Both the position numbers and the translations under genes were made by a program. Below the pieces are notes generated by a model. That model made no database searches and was not told the DNA's origin. It was given only the letters and a program-made list of their open reading frames with translations. A stretch of 64,000 bases of DNA from Takakia lepidozioides (taxonomy: Eukaryota > Plantae > Bryophyta), in NCBI GenBank assembly GCA_030704615.1, contig CM060732.1, positions 41,168,001-41,232,000 on the forward strand, in the 5' to 3' direction. Shown here in pieces: positions 25,501-36,038 of this stretch (within the stretch, counting starts at the first letter, position 1; each line of letters begins with the position of its first letter).

Positions 25501-28500
25501 AGAGACTGAGTAGAAAACTCCTGAACTACAGAAGGTTCAAGTAGCAGCTCCACTGTAGTCTCAGCTTCAGACTCCGCTAACTCGCTCGATCCTCTAGACA
25601 CAAGGACTTGCATTCTGACTGGCCCTCTTCCCGTTAAGACTTGGCCAGATGGACAGGGCAGTCTTTCTTCCTATTGACAAGGTTTTCCCAACCTCGCATG
25701 ATAAGCCTCGCCTAACCCAGGCAGAAGACCATGGGACACAGTAGAACAACAGAGTATCTCATTCCATCATACTGTCTCAGTGTGAGAACCGATCTAGACA
25801 AAGGCCTCATGAGTGTGCCGCAGTTGGAAAAATGATGGAGAAAGACAACAACTGACCTACATAGGCAAGGTTCTTGCCACTTGGTGACCAGCGCACGCCA
25901 AATGCCCACCCACAGGCAAGGTCCAACTGTATCAATTGCTGCATCCACAACTTCAGAAACCCACTTAGAACTACTCATCAAATCCCTATTTCTTTCATGA
26001 TACCACTGAAAATGCAAGTTCAGAAACGTCAATTTTCTTTCCCATTGTGAGTACAGAGAAGTGGAAATAGTAAACGTAATCCAGGCATCCTCCATATTTA
26101 GTGGTCAATGCATGAGACAGTGGAGTACAAGGAGAGCCAAAGAACCTTAAAGCTGAAATAGGGAGTACTGCAACTTTTTTAACAACTGAACACTTAAGAG
26201 TGTACATGTAAGAAAGGCATACCTCTCCGAACTTAACGTCCCCGAATGCAGTTGTTGAATCTCGTCTATAGCATAGCACAAAGACAGGTCTCAGTCTACC
26301 CTGTGCAGCATCAACTCTCTATATATCGCTTTCTTTTCACACAAAAGTGTGACTGGTTGTACAGCAATAGTTGTCCCATCTCTGGAAGCTAAGGAGTACA
26401 GTCCTAGCTATGACAGCAACATTGTGTCTTCTCAGATGATCACAATGCCAGCTCTTACACTCAATTTCCAACTACTACGGCAATTCAGGCTGCTGGTAGG
26501 TGGACACCCACAAAGACTCCGAGAGATTAATAAGGACAAAGCCCTCAAGGATAGATCACAGCCAACCTTCTAAGGCAAACGGTCAATAATTACATTCTCT
26601 TTCTCTCATCTGCTTCTGACCTTCGCCCTTAAGTTATGCACCACTTCATTCCCTCAAAGTTTGAAGCATAAAATACATACTTATCAAAGTCAAAGTTAAT
26701 ACACAGACTGTGATAATTTCAAATTCTTTGTCCATGAACCGAAGTATTCCAATTAAAAGCAATCAACTGACCTGGCATCCACCCCTTTAATGTAGGCAGA
26801 GAACACACGGCATTTGCAGTCTGTCGATGTCGTTGCCAGTAACACCTGCATGTCAACTTCAAACAGGGGCCGCTTCAAAAGACTGGCCAGAGAAGAACCC
26901 AACTGAAGATAGTAGCAGTGAGATAAAGTAGAGCATGAGAGCTGGACAGGCAGAACCCATTGTTAACATGAAATAAGAAAGGAACGAACATTATTGGGAT
27001 GCCATGCAACACTGGTAACAGTGGAATTGTGCTTCTTTCTGATTAGCTTGCTCACCCACCTGCTCCTCCCCAACATGAACCACCCCAAGTTCAAGTTCTG
27101 TTGTCCCCAAGGACTATGTTACACAAAGAAGAGAAAACTAGAAAGATGTCAAAAGAGTGGCGGTGGAAGGAGGGGGGGGGGGGGGAGATAGTAGATCCAT
27201 GTTTGCACATCTCTAAAAGTTGCTGTCAGCTCATAACTGATGTTCCGCCTTCAGGGAAACTCCCACAGTCAGGAGAACAGAAAGTTCAAAGATTAGGGAG
27301 AGAAAGAGAACCAGTTATTGTCCTCCTCGTAGTAGCATACGCACACGGTCTTTGCACCACTTCCCACTGCAAACTTGTTCTCTGAAGTAACATGCAAATC
27401 CACTTGAATGATCTGCTGGGCACACATGCACATGTATGCATGACCGGCAGACACTTACACATGAACAGGTACGCAAAAAGGATCAATAACACAGCAAAAC
27501 AATCAGCAAGGCTAACATACACTTTGTCCACACCTGGTGCAGTAAACCTTAGGTGAATAGCCTGAACTGAGTCACGTCTTACATGACGACATCCAATTTC
27601 CATCAAATCCACTTTTCAGGGGCTGTCTGTTGTTTTCTTTTCACAGAGCACTAGCCATCACTCAGGCATGCCTCTATGCTATCAGTCTCTGTCACCTGTG
27701 ACTTCTACATGTGCTGGAACCGTATTGTTTGAGAGCAGAATTCCGGGTTGGAATGAACAGCCCTCAAAATAGAACAGGACATGGGTACTGCCACATACAT
27801 GCATTGATAAGCATCCCACCTCGCGGACTCCAGTCGACTGAGATGGCAGCACGGTTGAGGCGTAAGATGACGAGTATTGGCTGCCATTCATCGCCTTCAA
27901 ACGTCCACACATATCTGCACCCATTCATCCCTACTTAATTAGGATCGCCTCACTCTCCATCAAGCTCCATTTGAACCAACAGTATGTTTTCATCTGTGAT
28001 ATCCATTCAGCCCCTCAATCCATACACTATCCACTCAGAAACCAAAGTGCCATCCTATGCATTAGCATCAGTCACCCAGAGATAACCCAGAGATAACCCC
28101 ACAGCTGGTTCTGGGAGGTAAGTGTTCAGTGAGAGATACACCTTCAACAGTCAGAGCTCTTTCACGAGCTCTATGGCATTCAGCCTCATACGCCCTGGTG
28201 AGATTAAACCACCGGTATCATGCAGAAACTATGCCCTTAAGGGAGCACCATACCCAACATTGAGAGGACTGACCAAGTTCCTTCTCTCAGGACACCAACT
28301 ACAGGATAGAACACTGAACAAGATGGGAATATCAGCTTACGAATTCCGGTCATGTGAGGCAGTGACAATTTTGTTGCTCATGGGCGCCCAGTCAACGCCT
28401 GAAACCAGCTGGTCATGCTGCCAGCAAGAGGCCCACACACAGTTGTCATCGACCAATACACTCTTGCAGTTGTGAAAGTTTTACCTTTACATCTAACCTT

Positions 28501-30648
28501 CCAAATTTTCCCTCTCTAGTGACTCCAACAGCGGCAATGAACTAACTGTAGAGTATATTACACGGAACCCTGATATTACAGGTTTATGTACTGGGTTCTG
28601 TTCTATTCTTGCTGCACTTCAGATACATAAAACTAAAAGAACAGTGAACATACTGAGCACCGGACTTCCACAACTCCCATCACCACCACATAGCTAGTGG
28701 TCAGTAAATGATCTCATTTCTTCCTTTCTCTCACTCCCTTGCTCCAGTCCTCTTGCCTGAATCTATTTGCATAGCGAATAAGACCACAAGCCTACTACAC
28801 TTGCAGACCACATCCACCCTGCAATACTTGGAACTTTAACACACCTTTTGAAGTACATGGATGCGTTCCCACACTGCAGTGGGAGAAGGGGAGGCACTGT
28901 AGATGTGTACTTCACTGCTGTTTGGACAGACTGCCACCACTGCATCCCCACCATTCATGTCACAGTTGCTTCCTGGAATGCACCTCTCTCTCTCTCTCTC
29001 CAAAACAGCCAACGTGGCTGTTCGGGGTGAGTTTGGCATCCCTTCCTTGAGCTCCCGACGAGATGAATTCAAAGTCAGATGGTGGGGTCAGCTGCAACAT
29101 ATGTCTAATATCAGATGTCCTAAGTTAATCGACTCTATATCTTGGAAGCAGGATTGCCCTGTCGAACAGGCTAAGTCCTGGCGGAAGAGAATGTACTCAT
29201 AAGACGTAGATTGCCGTAGCCTTGTGACCATTGACCCCGCGCCCAGTTTGAGCGGAACACAAAGGGACAGAATCTACCTTTGTCAGGGGCTAACGCCGGT
29301 AGAAGAGTGTAGAAGAGATTCTCAAGGATCTGAATCTAAGCCCGCAAGTCTTGACCCTGCTGGACAAATCTGACTTAGAGGCTGTAGTGTCCAAAGCCAT
29401 GTCTGTTGCCAGGAAATTGACTGATGAAAATGAAGTTAGGCAGAAATCTTCCCTGAACTTGTTTCCAGTCTGTGACATGGGAGAGGCCATCATGGATGAC
29501 CTCAAGGGTTTACCCACCCTCGGCACTAGACTGAAATTTCAACTCAGGGCGGGAAGCCTACCTTTGAACAGCAAACAGATGCAGAGAGGAAAAAGGGATT
29601 GCAATTGCCTGTTGTGTGGGCAACCTGAAGACAACATTTGATTCATTGTGTACAGTCCCTCTCAGCACTCTTCTGCACTGCATCCGAGAACAGTTACAGG
29701 GAACTTTAAGTTGATGTATGAAGTAAAACATTTTACTATGGGATCAATGCCAGCTCTCACATCAACTTAAAGTCCCTGTAACTGTTTTCAGATGCAGGGC
29801 AGTGGTATTCTTCTGAGGGAGAGGAGCAGTCCAGTTGCATAAAAAATACAGTCAATTCATCTCATTTCATATCACAATACGACTAACAGTGCAACCACAT
29901 GCACATAGAGAGCTATTTTAGCTGCGCTGGGACTTCCTGTAGCAGGTCTTCTAGTCTGGTGTCAATACTAAACCCTAAAAAGTGACACCCCATTTCAAGT
30001 AACCTAACTTCCCCCTACTGCATCTGGCACAATGGCAGTTTCGGGCTGGGTTTCATACCCTCACAGATCCAAACGCCACCACCAGCTTTGGTGACTTCGT
30101 ATTCTTCTATCATAAGCTATTTCAGCATCTTCCTTTCTTTCGCTGAAGGAACTGAAGAACACTTCTTCTACTGCCCTCTATACTACGAGATCCGTGGGAG
30201 ATTCCACTGTTTATTCAGTGGAACCCAAACTCTCACTGATGTCTTCCACTATGAGGATAAAAAATGCTTGGCAGCCTACCTGCACGAGGCCTTCACCCTT
30301 CGACATTCGCTAGAACATTAATTGTGGTTTCTGGACTTGTTCCTCTCTCATGTTTCCATTTTGTCCCATAAGCTCTATGAGCTTTCTGCGGACGTTTTGA
30401 AGTACCATTTCATTTCATTTCATTTCTCTATCTATCTCTGTGTCCGTAAGCCCTCCTACTGTAATTAAGTTCGTCCTTTTTCAATCCAGGCACACACACA
30501 CACACACAAAACACAAGGTCACACGTTCTGTACGTGAATTTCTCCAAACGAAAAAAGGGACAGGGTAGAAAGCAGTACTGGAGAGATCAGCATTCCAGGC
30601 ATGGCAAGTGATGCACTGCGCCAGCTGATGCACGCCCCCTGCGGCCAT
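22556..30648 (-). CDS. ARPC1: Arp2/3 complex subunit 1 (WD40), 15 exons
   Basis: Exons 30648-30579, 28939-28845, 28417-28341, 27914-27820, 27381-27312, 27059-26990, 26845-26772, 26265-26223, 25938-25857, 25251-25163, 24071-23986, 23703-23636, 23195-23111, 22922-22852 and 22626-22556 join in phase. Protein includes ITCHAWN, HDQLVSGVDW, SHDRNSYVW, LVILRLNRAA, ENKFAVGSGAKTVC, WWVSKLIRK and FSTSGMDGKIVMWD. Confidence 0.95.
23528..23572 (-). mobile_element. About 45-bp 3'-terminal fragment of a LINE family, with 14-bp TSD
   Basis: Matches the 3' end of the 24163 copy (GGCCACACGGCTACGGCAAACGAAGTCTTATGAGTAC). Flanked by gtatctctaatagt (23514-23527) and gtatctctagtagt (23573-23586). Confidence 0.75.
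24163..24872 (-). mobile_element. 5'-truncated non-LTR retrotransposon (C-terminal zinc-knuckle region) in an ARPC1 intron
   Basis: Open frame ...GTRLKFKLRAGSLPLN...CPLCGQSEDSIHFLIHCPGF...GRGVNGHKATANNVL*, with the CCHC knuckle typical of LINE ORF2 C-termini. Related copies at 23.5, 29.2 and 55.7 kb. Confidence 0.85.
29192..29638. mobile_element. Copy of the same LINE family with a 5' inversion
   Basis: 29192-29303 is the element 3' end on the minus strand. ~29305-29638 is an upstream segment (LLDKSDLEAVV...CLLCGQPEDNI) on the plus strand. Confidence 0.8.
29673..29802. other. Intronic inverted repeat / hairpin (~45-bp stem, ~40-nt loop)
   Basis: ctgcactgcatccgagaacagttacagggaactttaagttgatgt (29673-29717) pairs with acatcaacttaaagtccctgtaactgttttcagatgcagggcag (29759-29802), with 3 mismatches and 1 bulge. 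Confidence 0.8.
30020..30427 (+). mobile_element. 3' end of a second (RTE-like) LINE family with a (CATTT)n tail
   Basis: Frame GTEEHFFYCPLYYEIRGRFHCLF...CLAAYLHEAFTLR (knuckle remnant), followed by a short 3' UTR and accatttcatttcatttcatttc. Confidence 0.65.
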
Positions 30649-33620
30649 CTCCTCCGTCTCCTCTCTTGCCCGTCTGCTCACCCACCCCTCTTTCCACCCT
30701 CGACTCCTTGGGGTTTATTTTCCCTCTCCTGAAACAAAATCAAACAAGAATGTTTTTTTTTTTTTCTGAAAGAGAGAATGGGACCAGAATGATGGATTGA
30801 ACATTGAACCAACGATCGAAGGAGAGAGGGAGGGAAAAAGAATACAAAACAAATGCCACATAGGATAAACAACTACGAAAAATTGTGACGTGGCGTTTCA
30901 TGCTAGGATCGGAAGTGGACAGGAGCGTAGGCACTATGCTCGCCTTTATCGGCTCTCATTGGAGGCAATGAGGAGCTGCTTCGTGGGGCAGACCATCACA
31001 AAGACCAGTTATATTTTTTGGCTTCCGCTGTGAGATTTCCTCTTATTTGAACTTCAGGCGATAGTCCATCTGAGCTATGGTCCAACCTGACATCCCCTGA
31101 TCATTGTTAGGTAGTTGTACAGGTCTCAGGCACTTCTCAAGCGCCATTAATTAGATGGTCAACTCAAACTGCATGGTGTAGCGTTTTAACTGGATTCTGG
31201 AGTCTGGCTAATAGAAGTAGCTGACAAAGTATTCGCGCAGCTCTAGCTAGTGGTGGAAATCTGTGATGAGAAGCATCCATCAGTGACAGTCAGGATTGCA
31301 AGCCGAGTGCCTTGGAACCACCTGCTCACCCAAATACCTGGTTTTGTCTCAAGTACCTTCCCAGATTTCTGGCCTCACCGACTCAGCATCCATCAGTCAA
31401 CAAAGGTAACACCTATATGGAGGTATGGCTACATGATCGCATAGATCTTAGAAAAATATGAGCTTATGTTAGTATGGAAAGAGAGACAGAGGAACAATTT
31501 ATTGGGTTCTAATAAGATAGAATTGAAGATACGTACATATATATCTTGGTCACACTCTCTTACTGCATGCTAACCATTTTCGGAAATGTTTCCTGTAGAC
31601 TTGATGCTTTAATCCAGTTCAAGTGGAGGACGAAGGCTGATATACATTGTTCAACGGGGACGTATTTGGCCCTTATTGTCGCCGTTCCTGCATGCATACT
31701 ACTCTGGAGCCCACTGGAGTCCACTGCGGTGCGTTCAATATGCCAAATGGCGTCAGTGTAATCTGTTTCGTGAGTTGGTCTTACTTCTGACTCGCGATCA
31801 CAAGATTTACAAAGAGAGTATCTCACCCCCAATAGACGGATGCATTCATAGACGGATGACATGCATTCAGTTATGTTTTATGCCTCACATCATTGTTTCA
31901 TGACTGTTGCCTTGGAGCTGCCAGCTATAGTACCCACAAAAAACCCAACACTAATTATCAATTGGACTCAACACCTTCTCTCTGATCTAGATTTCGAACA
32001 TTCTCAACAAAACTCTACATGACAACTCAGGTCTTTACACGAGAAGACGAACTTCAGACTCTGTGATAGTTTTGAGTACCCTAAAGGCTAATATTGGGAC
32101 ATTCCGTGCATATCAATGGGCAATGAATGACCTTTTATGGAGCTTCCTATATATAGGCGTCCATCATTAATTGCTTAGTTTCTTCTGATCATGCCCCCAA
32201 AATTGATCTCGACACTTGTACATTTCGAGATCTTACTCTTGGCTTCCTATTCCACTCACAGTCTGTCTCTGGCAGTGTCCAGCAGCTTTTCTGAGATCTG
32301 AGTAGCAAGTCTTTCTTAGAGAAACTCCAGACTTTCAGGGTTTCAATTCACTAACAGTTAACTCAATCCCACATGCCAACATTGATCTTATGGTCAGAGT
32401 AGCACCTTCTACCCTGGACTCTTTCTCCACTTTTTAATTTGAACAGTATGCTTGTAGGCTGAGTCATGATTACTGCACCCATTTGAAACTTACATTTATA
32501 GCCTGAGGACCACCCAACGTTCAGACATTCAGGAATAGAGTTCAAGATGCCAATTTACTTCATCAATTGGTCGACACTTCTCTCCAAGAAAACACTATCT
32601 GCATACAGAAAAGAGGGGCATTATATATAGATGGGTGCGTACAGCATACAACTTGTTACCACCCAGTCTTCAAGTAATCACTACATGCAGTGCCATCGTC
32701 CTGCCCAGTCTCACAGGGGGTTTTAGGGCCACCACGTTCTGCAATTCTGTTTCAAGTAAAATTAAGATAGTACTTACAGGCAGTAAAAGCAGAAATTCTG
32801 AGAGATGTCATGGGAAGAAATTAGAGATCTTGAAACTTGAAAGGGGCTGCAGAAATGAAATGAAAGGTTACTCCTTAACGTCCGCTGAATTGAATAGGGG
32901 ACGAGAGAAAGCACGAAACAAGAACTAGTGAGGGGCCCTGATCCACTGCAAGCGGCCCAAAACAAGTATTGCCTAATTAAGAGGTACCGTCTCATGCAGA
33001 TCTGTTGCTAAGCATCTGAAGAAAGAGCCCTAAAGAAATTGATTCGTTCCACAGGAAGCCCAATGGCCTATGCCACATGTATGCAACAAACTACCAAAGA
33101 CACAAATCAAAACAGATCGAACAATCATTGATTTGATGGTCCGTGGACAAAGTAGATGTAGCAAGTAGAGAACGAGTTCTACAACTCCTCATACTGCAAC
33201 TCATATGGTGCAATACAGTTAGTTGGCATACATTTTTGAAAGAGCAATTTAATGAGAAATATGATACATGACATCGAAGAAAATGTTACCACAGTATATA
33301 GTACGTTCTCGGAATGCATCATGGGAAAATTTCACTAGAATAAATGAAAAGGTCACGCAGACTGATTTATTGATATATTCCCCATGTCAAACTGATCCTG
33401 GAGATTTGGAGTCCATAACAGACTAAACAGGCCTCTACACTGACAGCTGTACGGCCATACTGCATACTGCAAGCATGCTGTCTCAATAGATCTGAGATAA
33501 ACTTTCATCTTACAGGCTACATGTATAGAAATGCAAATAATCTCACTCTGCTGTGGCAGAGATTATTTGCACTGGATATAAAAATGTACTGACATACTCA
33601 AAGTGTATGGTTTGACCAGT

Positions 33621-34584
33621 TGTCATGGGTAGCTACCCCATTGTTAACCAAACAAACACCAGGGGATACTCGCGGAACACATTTGGGTCCACCAAAACTG
33701 GAGATGAGAACGTCCCACAGCCCACTAGAATGTTGCTGATCCGAGCATTTGTATCCTGGCATACATCAATAATCTGCACACTGAATCGGACCGATAGGCT
33801 CTCACCCACAGACTGCTGAGAAAGACTGATGTCATTCTGGTGGCACTGCAATCCAGCCAAATTTTCCCCTCGCCATTCTTGAAGTCCTGATTTTCGCTGA
33901 GAGTGCTCTCAACATCGCTTGTACTGCTAGCATGCAGCTCGTTAAGCCTCCGCTCTTGGATATGTGAAAATTTGATTTCCACTTGGCGTCTAAACCACCA
34001 CCCGCTTCTAGGGACGAAGCCACCGGAGAGAGCACCGTCAGAAAAAGAAAGAATCGCCCCCAACACGTACAGCACCCATGTTCAAAGACACCCGCTCGAT
34101 GCTGCAAAATTATAACTAATAGAAGGAGCCATGGTGACTCTTGGGGCAGAAAATACACAAGAGCAACACTGGCAATTAGAGGGTACACTAGAGACAGACA
34201 ATACACAGAGCAACACTGGCAAGAGGGTACACTAGAGACAGACAATACACAAGAGCAACACAAGAGGGTACACTAGAGACACACAATACACACGATCAAC
34301 ACAAGAGGGTATCCTGACGACAGACGATACCCGAGATCAGCACAGCGGCCAACACAACAAAACACACGGTAGTGTCTAAGTGTGCAGGAGATCAGCAGGT
34401 CTCGGGGTAGCAGCAGCCAAGGAGTAAGGGTGACACAGATATGCCTCCATGGTCGTTGGATTAACAGTCCAAGAGGATCGACCCTGCCTGGTCAGGCTCG
34501 GGAGGAATGTGTATAAGGGTCCTGGCCAGGTTCGGGAGGTACTTTACGCTGCCTAAGGGCCCTGGTCAGGCTCGGGGTGTTACA
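33621..34584 (-). mobile_element. Probable solo/partial LTR with an internal ~40-bp tandem repeat (34150-34330)
   Basis: The minus strand starts TGTAACACCCCG (34584) and ends ...CATGACA (33621). Tandem agagggtacactagagacagacaatacac units inside. No matching TSD. Confidence 0.4.
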
Positions 34585-34922
34585 AGTGGCAGAATGTGCA
34601 TTACGCTGGAGAAGGCCATCGTGGAGAACGTGCCTGAATCTGAGCCGTCGCCTCACATCGCCATCCGCACTGTCGCAGATTGTTGAGAGCTATATATATA
34701 TATAGGTAAAGTCTCGTATGTTGGCTCTTTGCTGCAGTGGTAGGGGATCTGCATACACGCTGCCCTCTCTCTTCTCATCTCATCTTCTCATCTCTGGCCC
34801 TGCGCTTTTCTTCTTTCTACTCGAGCCCAGTACTCTAGTTGCTCTCTCTCATCCTCTGTGTCGATCAGGTTTCCCTTGCCGTGGGAATGCTGTATACGCT
34901 GGTGCACTGAGAAAGCGATACT

Positions 34923-35041
34923 GTCTGAGAAATTTGCCGTGAGGGTGGGGGTGCTGTATATCCACTTTGGTATGGCTGGTACGTGACTCATCAGCCATAC
35001 CAAAGTGGACATACAGCACCCCCACGACAAATTTCACAGAC
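34923..35041. other. Near-perfect hairpin (pre-miRNA-like)
   Basis: 34945-34978 pairs with 34992-35025 (34 bp, one mismatch), extended by gtctgagaaatttgcc / gacaaatttcacagac; the loop is short. Confidence 0.8.
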
Positions 35042-35145
35042 TGGTTCGTCTTTCTTACTTGCGATGTGCATACTTCACACTTCCTGAGCAAGCACATGGA
35101 GTCTCTAGGTTCCCAATCTCATCTTCTTCTTGGCATATGCGACAC

Positions 35146-35344
35146 ACGGCTACAACATACGGACAATATGCCGATTGAACTGAGGGGAGAGCGGCGAATC
35201 ACAGGGTCGCATCAGTTGGAATTTCGCCACCCTCGGATCCTTGCTATGGCGGCTGCTGAGCGTCACTTTCTGGAGGCTGAGTATGATGAGTACGCATCAG
35301 CTAATGCTAGTGGCGCTGCTTGCTGCCGCTCAGCTGCTCTGATA
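35146..35344 (+). pseudogene. Fragment of a plant RING-CH/MARCH-type (DUF3675) E3 ligase gene
   Basis: Translates DNMPIELRGERRITGSHQLEFRHPRILAMAAAERHFLEAEYDEYASANASGAACCRSAALI, matching my recollection of the conserved DUF3675 segment (PRLLAMA.AER.FLEAEY..Y......GAA.CRSAALI). No RING domain or transmembrane continuation follows. Confidence 0.75.
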
Positions 35345-35845
35345 CCATGTCAGAAAACCGCTGGGGGGGGGTTCTATCCTGTCAATTCTGTGGATGGAGG
35401 GAGAGCTGAGTGAGGGGGGGCTGGAGTGTGGTGCAGATCAATCCCATAGGACTAGATTTCAGGCACAAGGGTACGGAAGAGGCACTGTTGATCAAAGGCT
35501 ACAAGAAACCTACATGGGTCAATGGTCAGCTGAAAGTAGGAGCAGCCCAGTTGGTTGAATCAGATACCTCCAGACGGAGAGAGGGAGGTTACAAGAAGTC
35601 TTCTGGCTCTTGGGATGTGACCTGGACAGTATGTAAATGAGAGTGTGGGTGTGGAACAATATAAGAGGACCAGATTGCAGGCATAAGGGTACTGAGGAGG
35701 CACTGTGGATTGAAAGCTACAAGAAACCTGCATGGATAGATGGTCAGCTGGAAGGAGGAGCTCAGCACAAGTTTTTCAATCAGACACCTCCAAACGAAGA
35801 GAGGGGATTCACAAGAAGTCTTTTTGCACACGGGATGTTATGACA
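35336..35845 (-). mobile_element. 5' LTR (35348-35845) plus tRNA-iMet PBS (35336-35347) of an LTR retrotransposon
   Basis: Termini TGTCA...TGACA. TGGTATCAGAGC follows directly on the minus strand. Internal ~225-bp direct duplication (35410-35640 vs 35640-35845). Confidence 0.8.
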
Positions 35846-36038
35846 CTATGTACTACAGGACAACTAAAAAAGGCTCTGCACATTTTGAACCAAGGTGGCA
35901 TTGTGGCAGACTCCACCACTTATATGATCTCCCTCTTGTAGGAGTGCACCAAGATGAAACGCCTAGCAGAGGGAAAGCATGTGCATGCCCACATTATCCA
36001 AAGTGGATTCAGGCCAAACTTATTTTTTCTCAACATCT

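Noticed and set aside
34150-34330. Repeat array as CRISPR or coding repeat
   Set aside because: A simple degenerate ~40-bp tandem repeat inside LTR-like DNA, without unique spacers.
34758-34780. miR529*-like sequence gctgccctctctcttctc
   Set aside because: Low-complexity CT match, and no complementary arm was found nearby.
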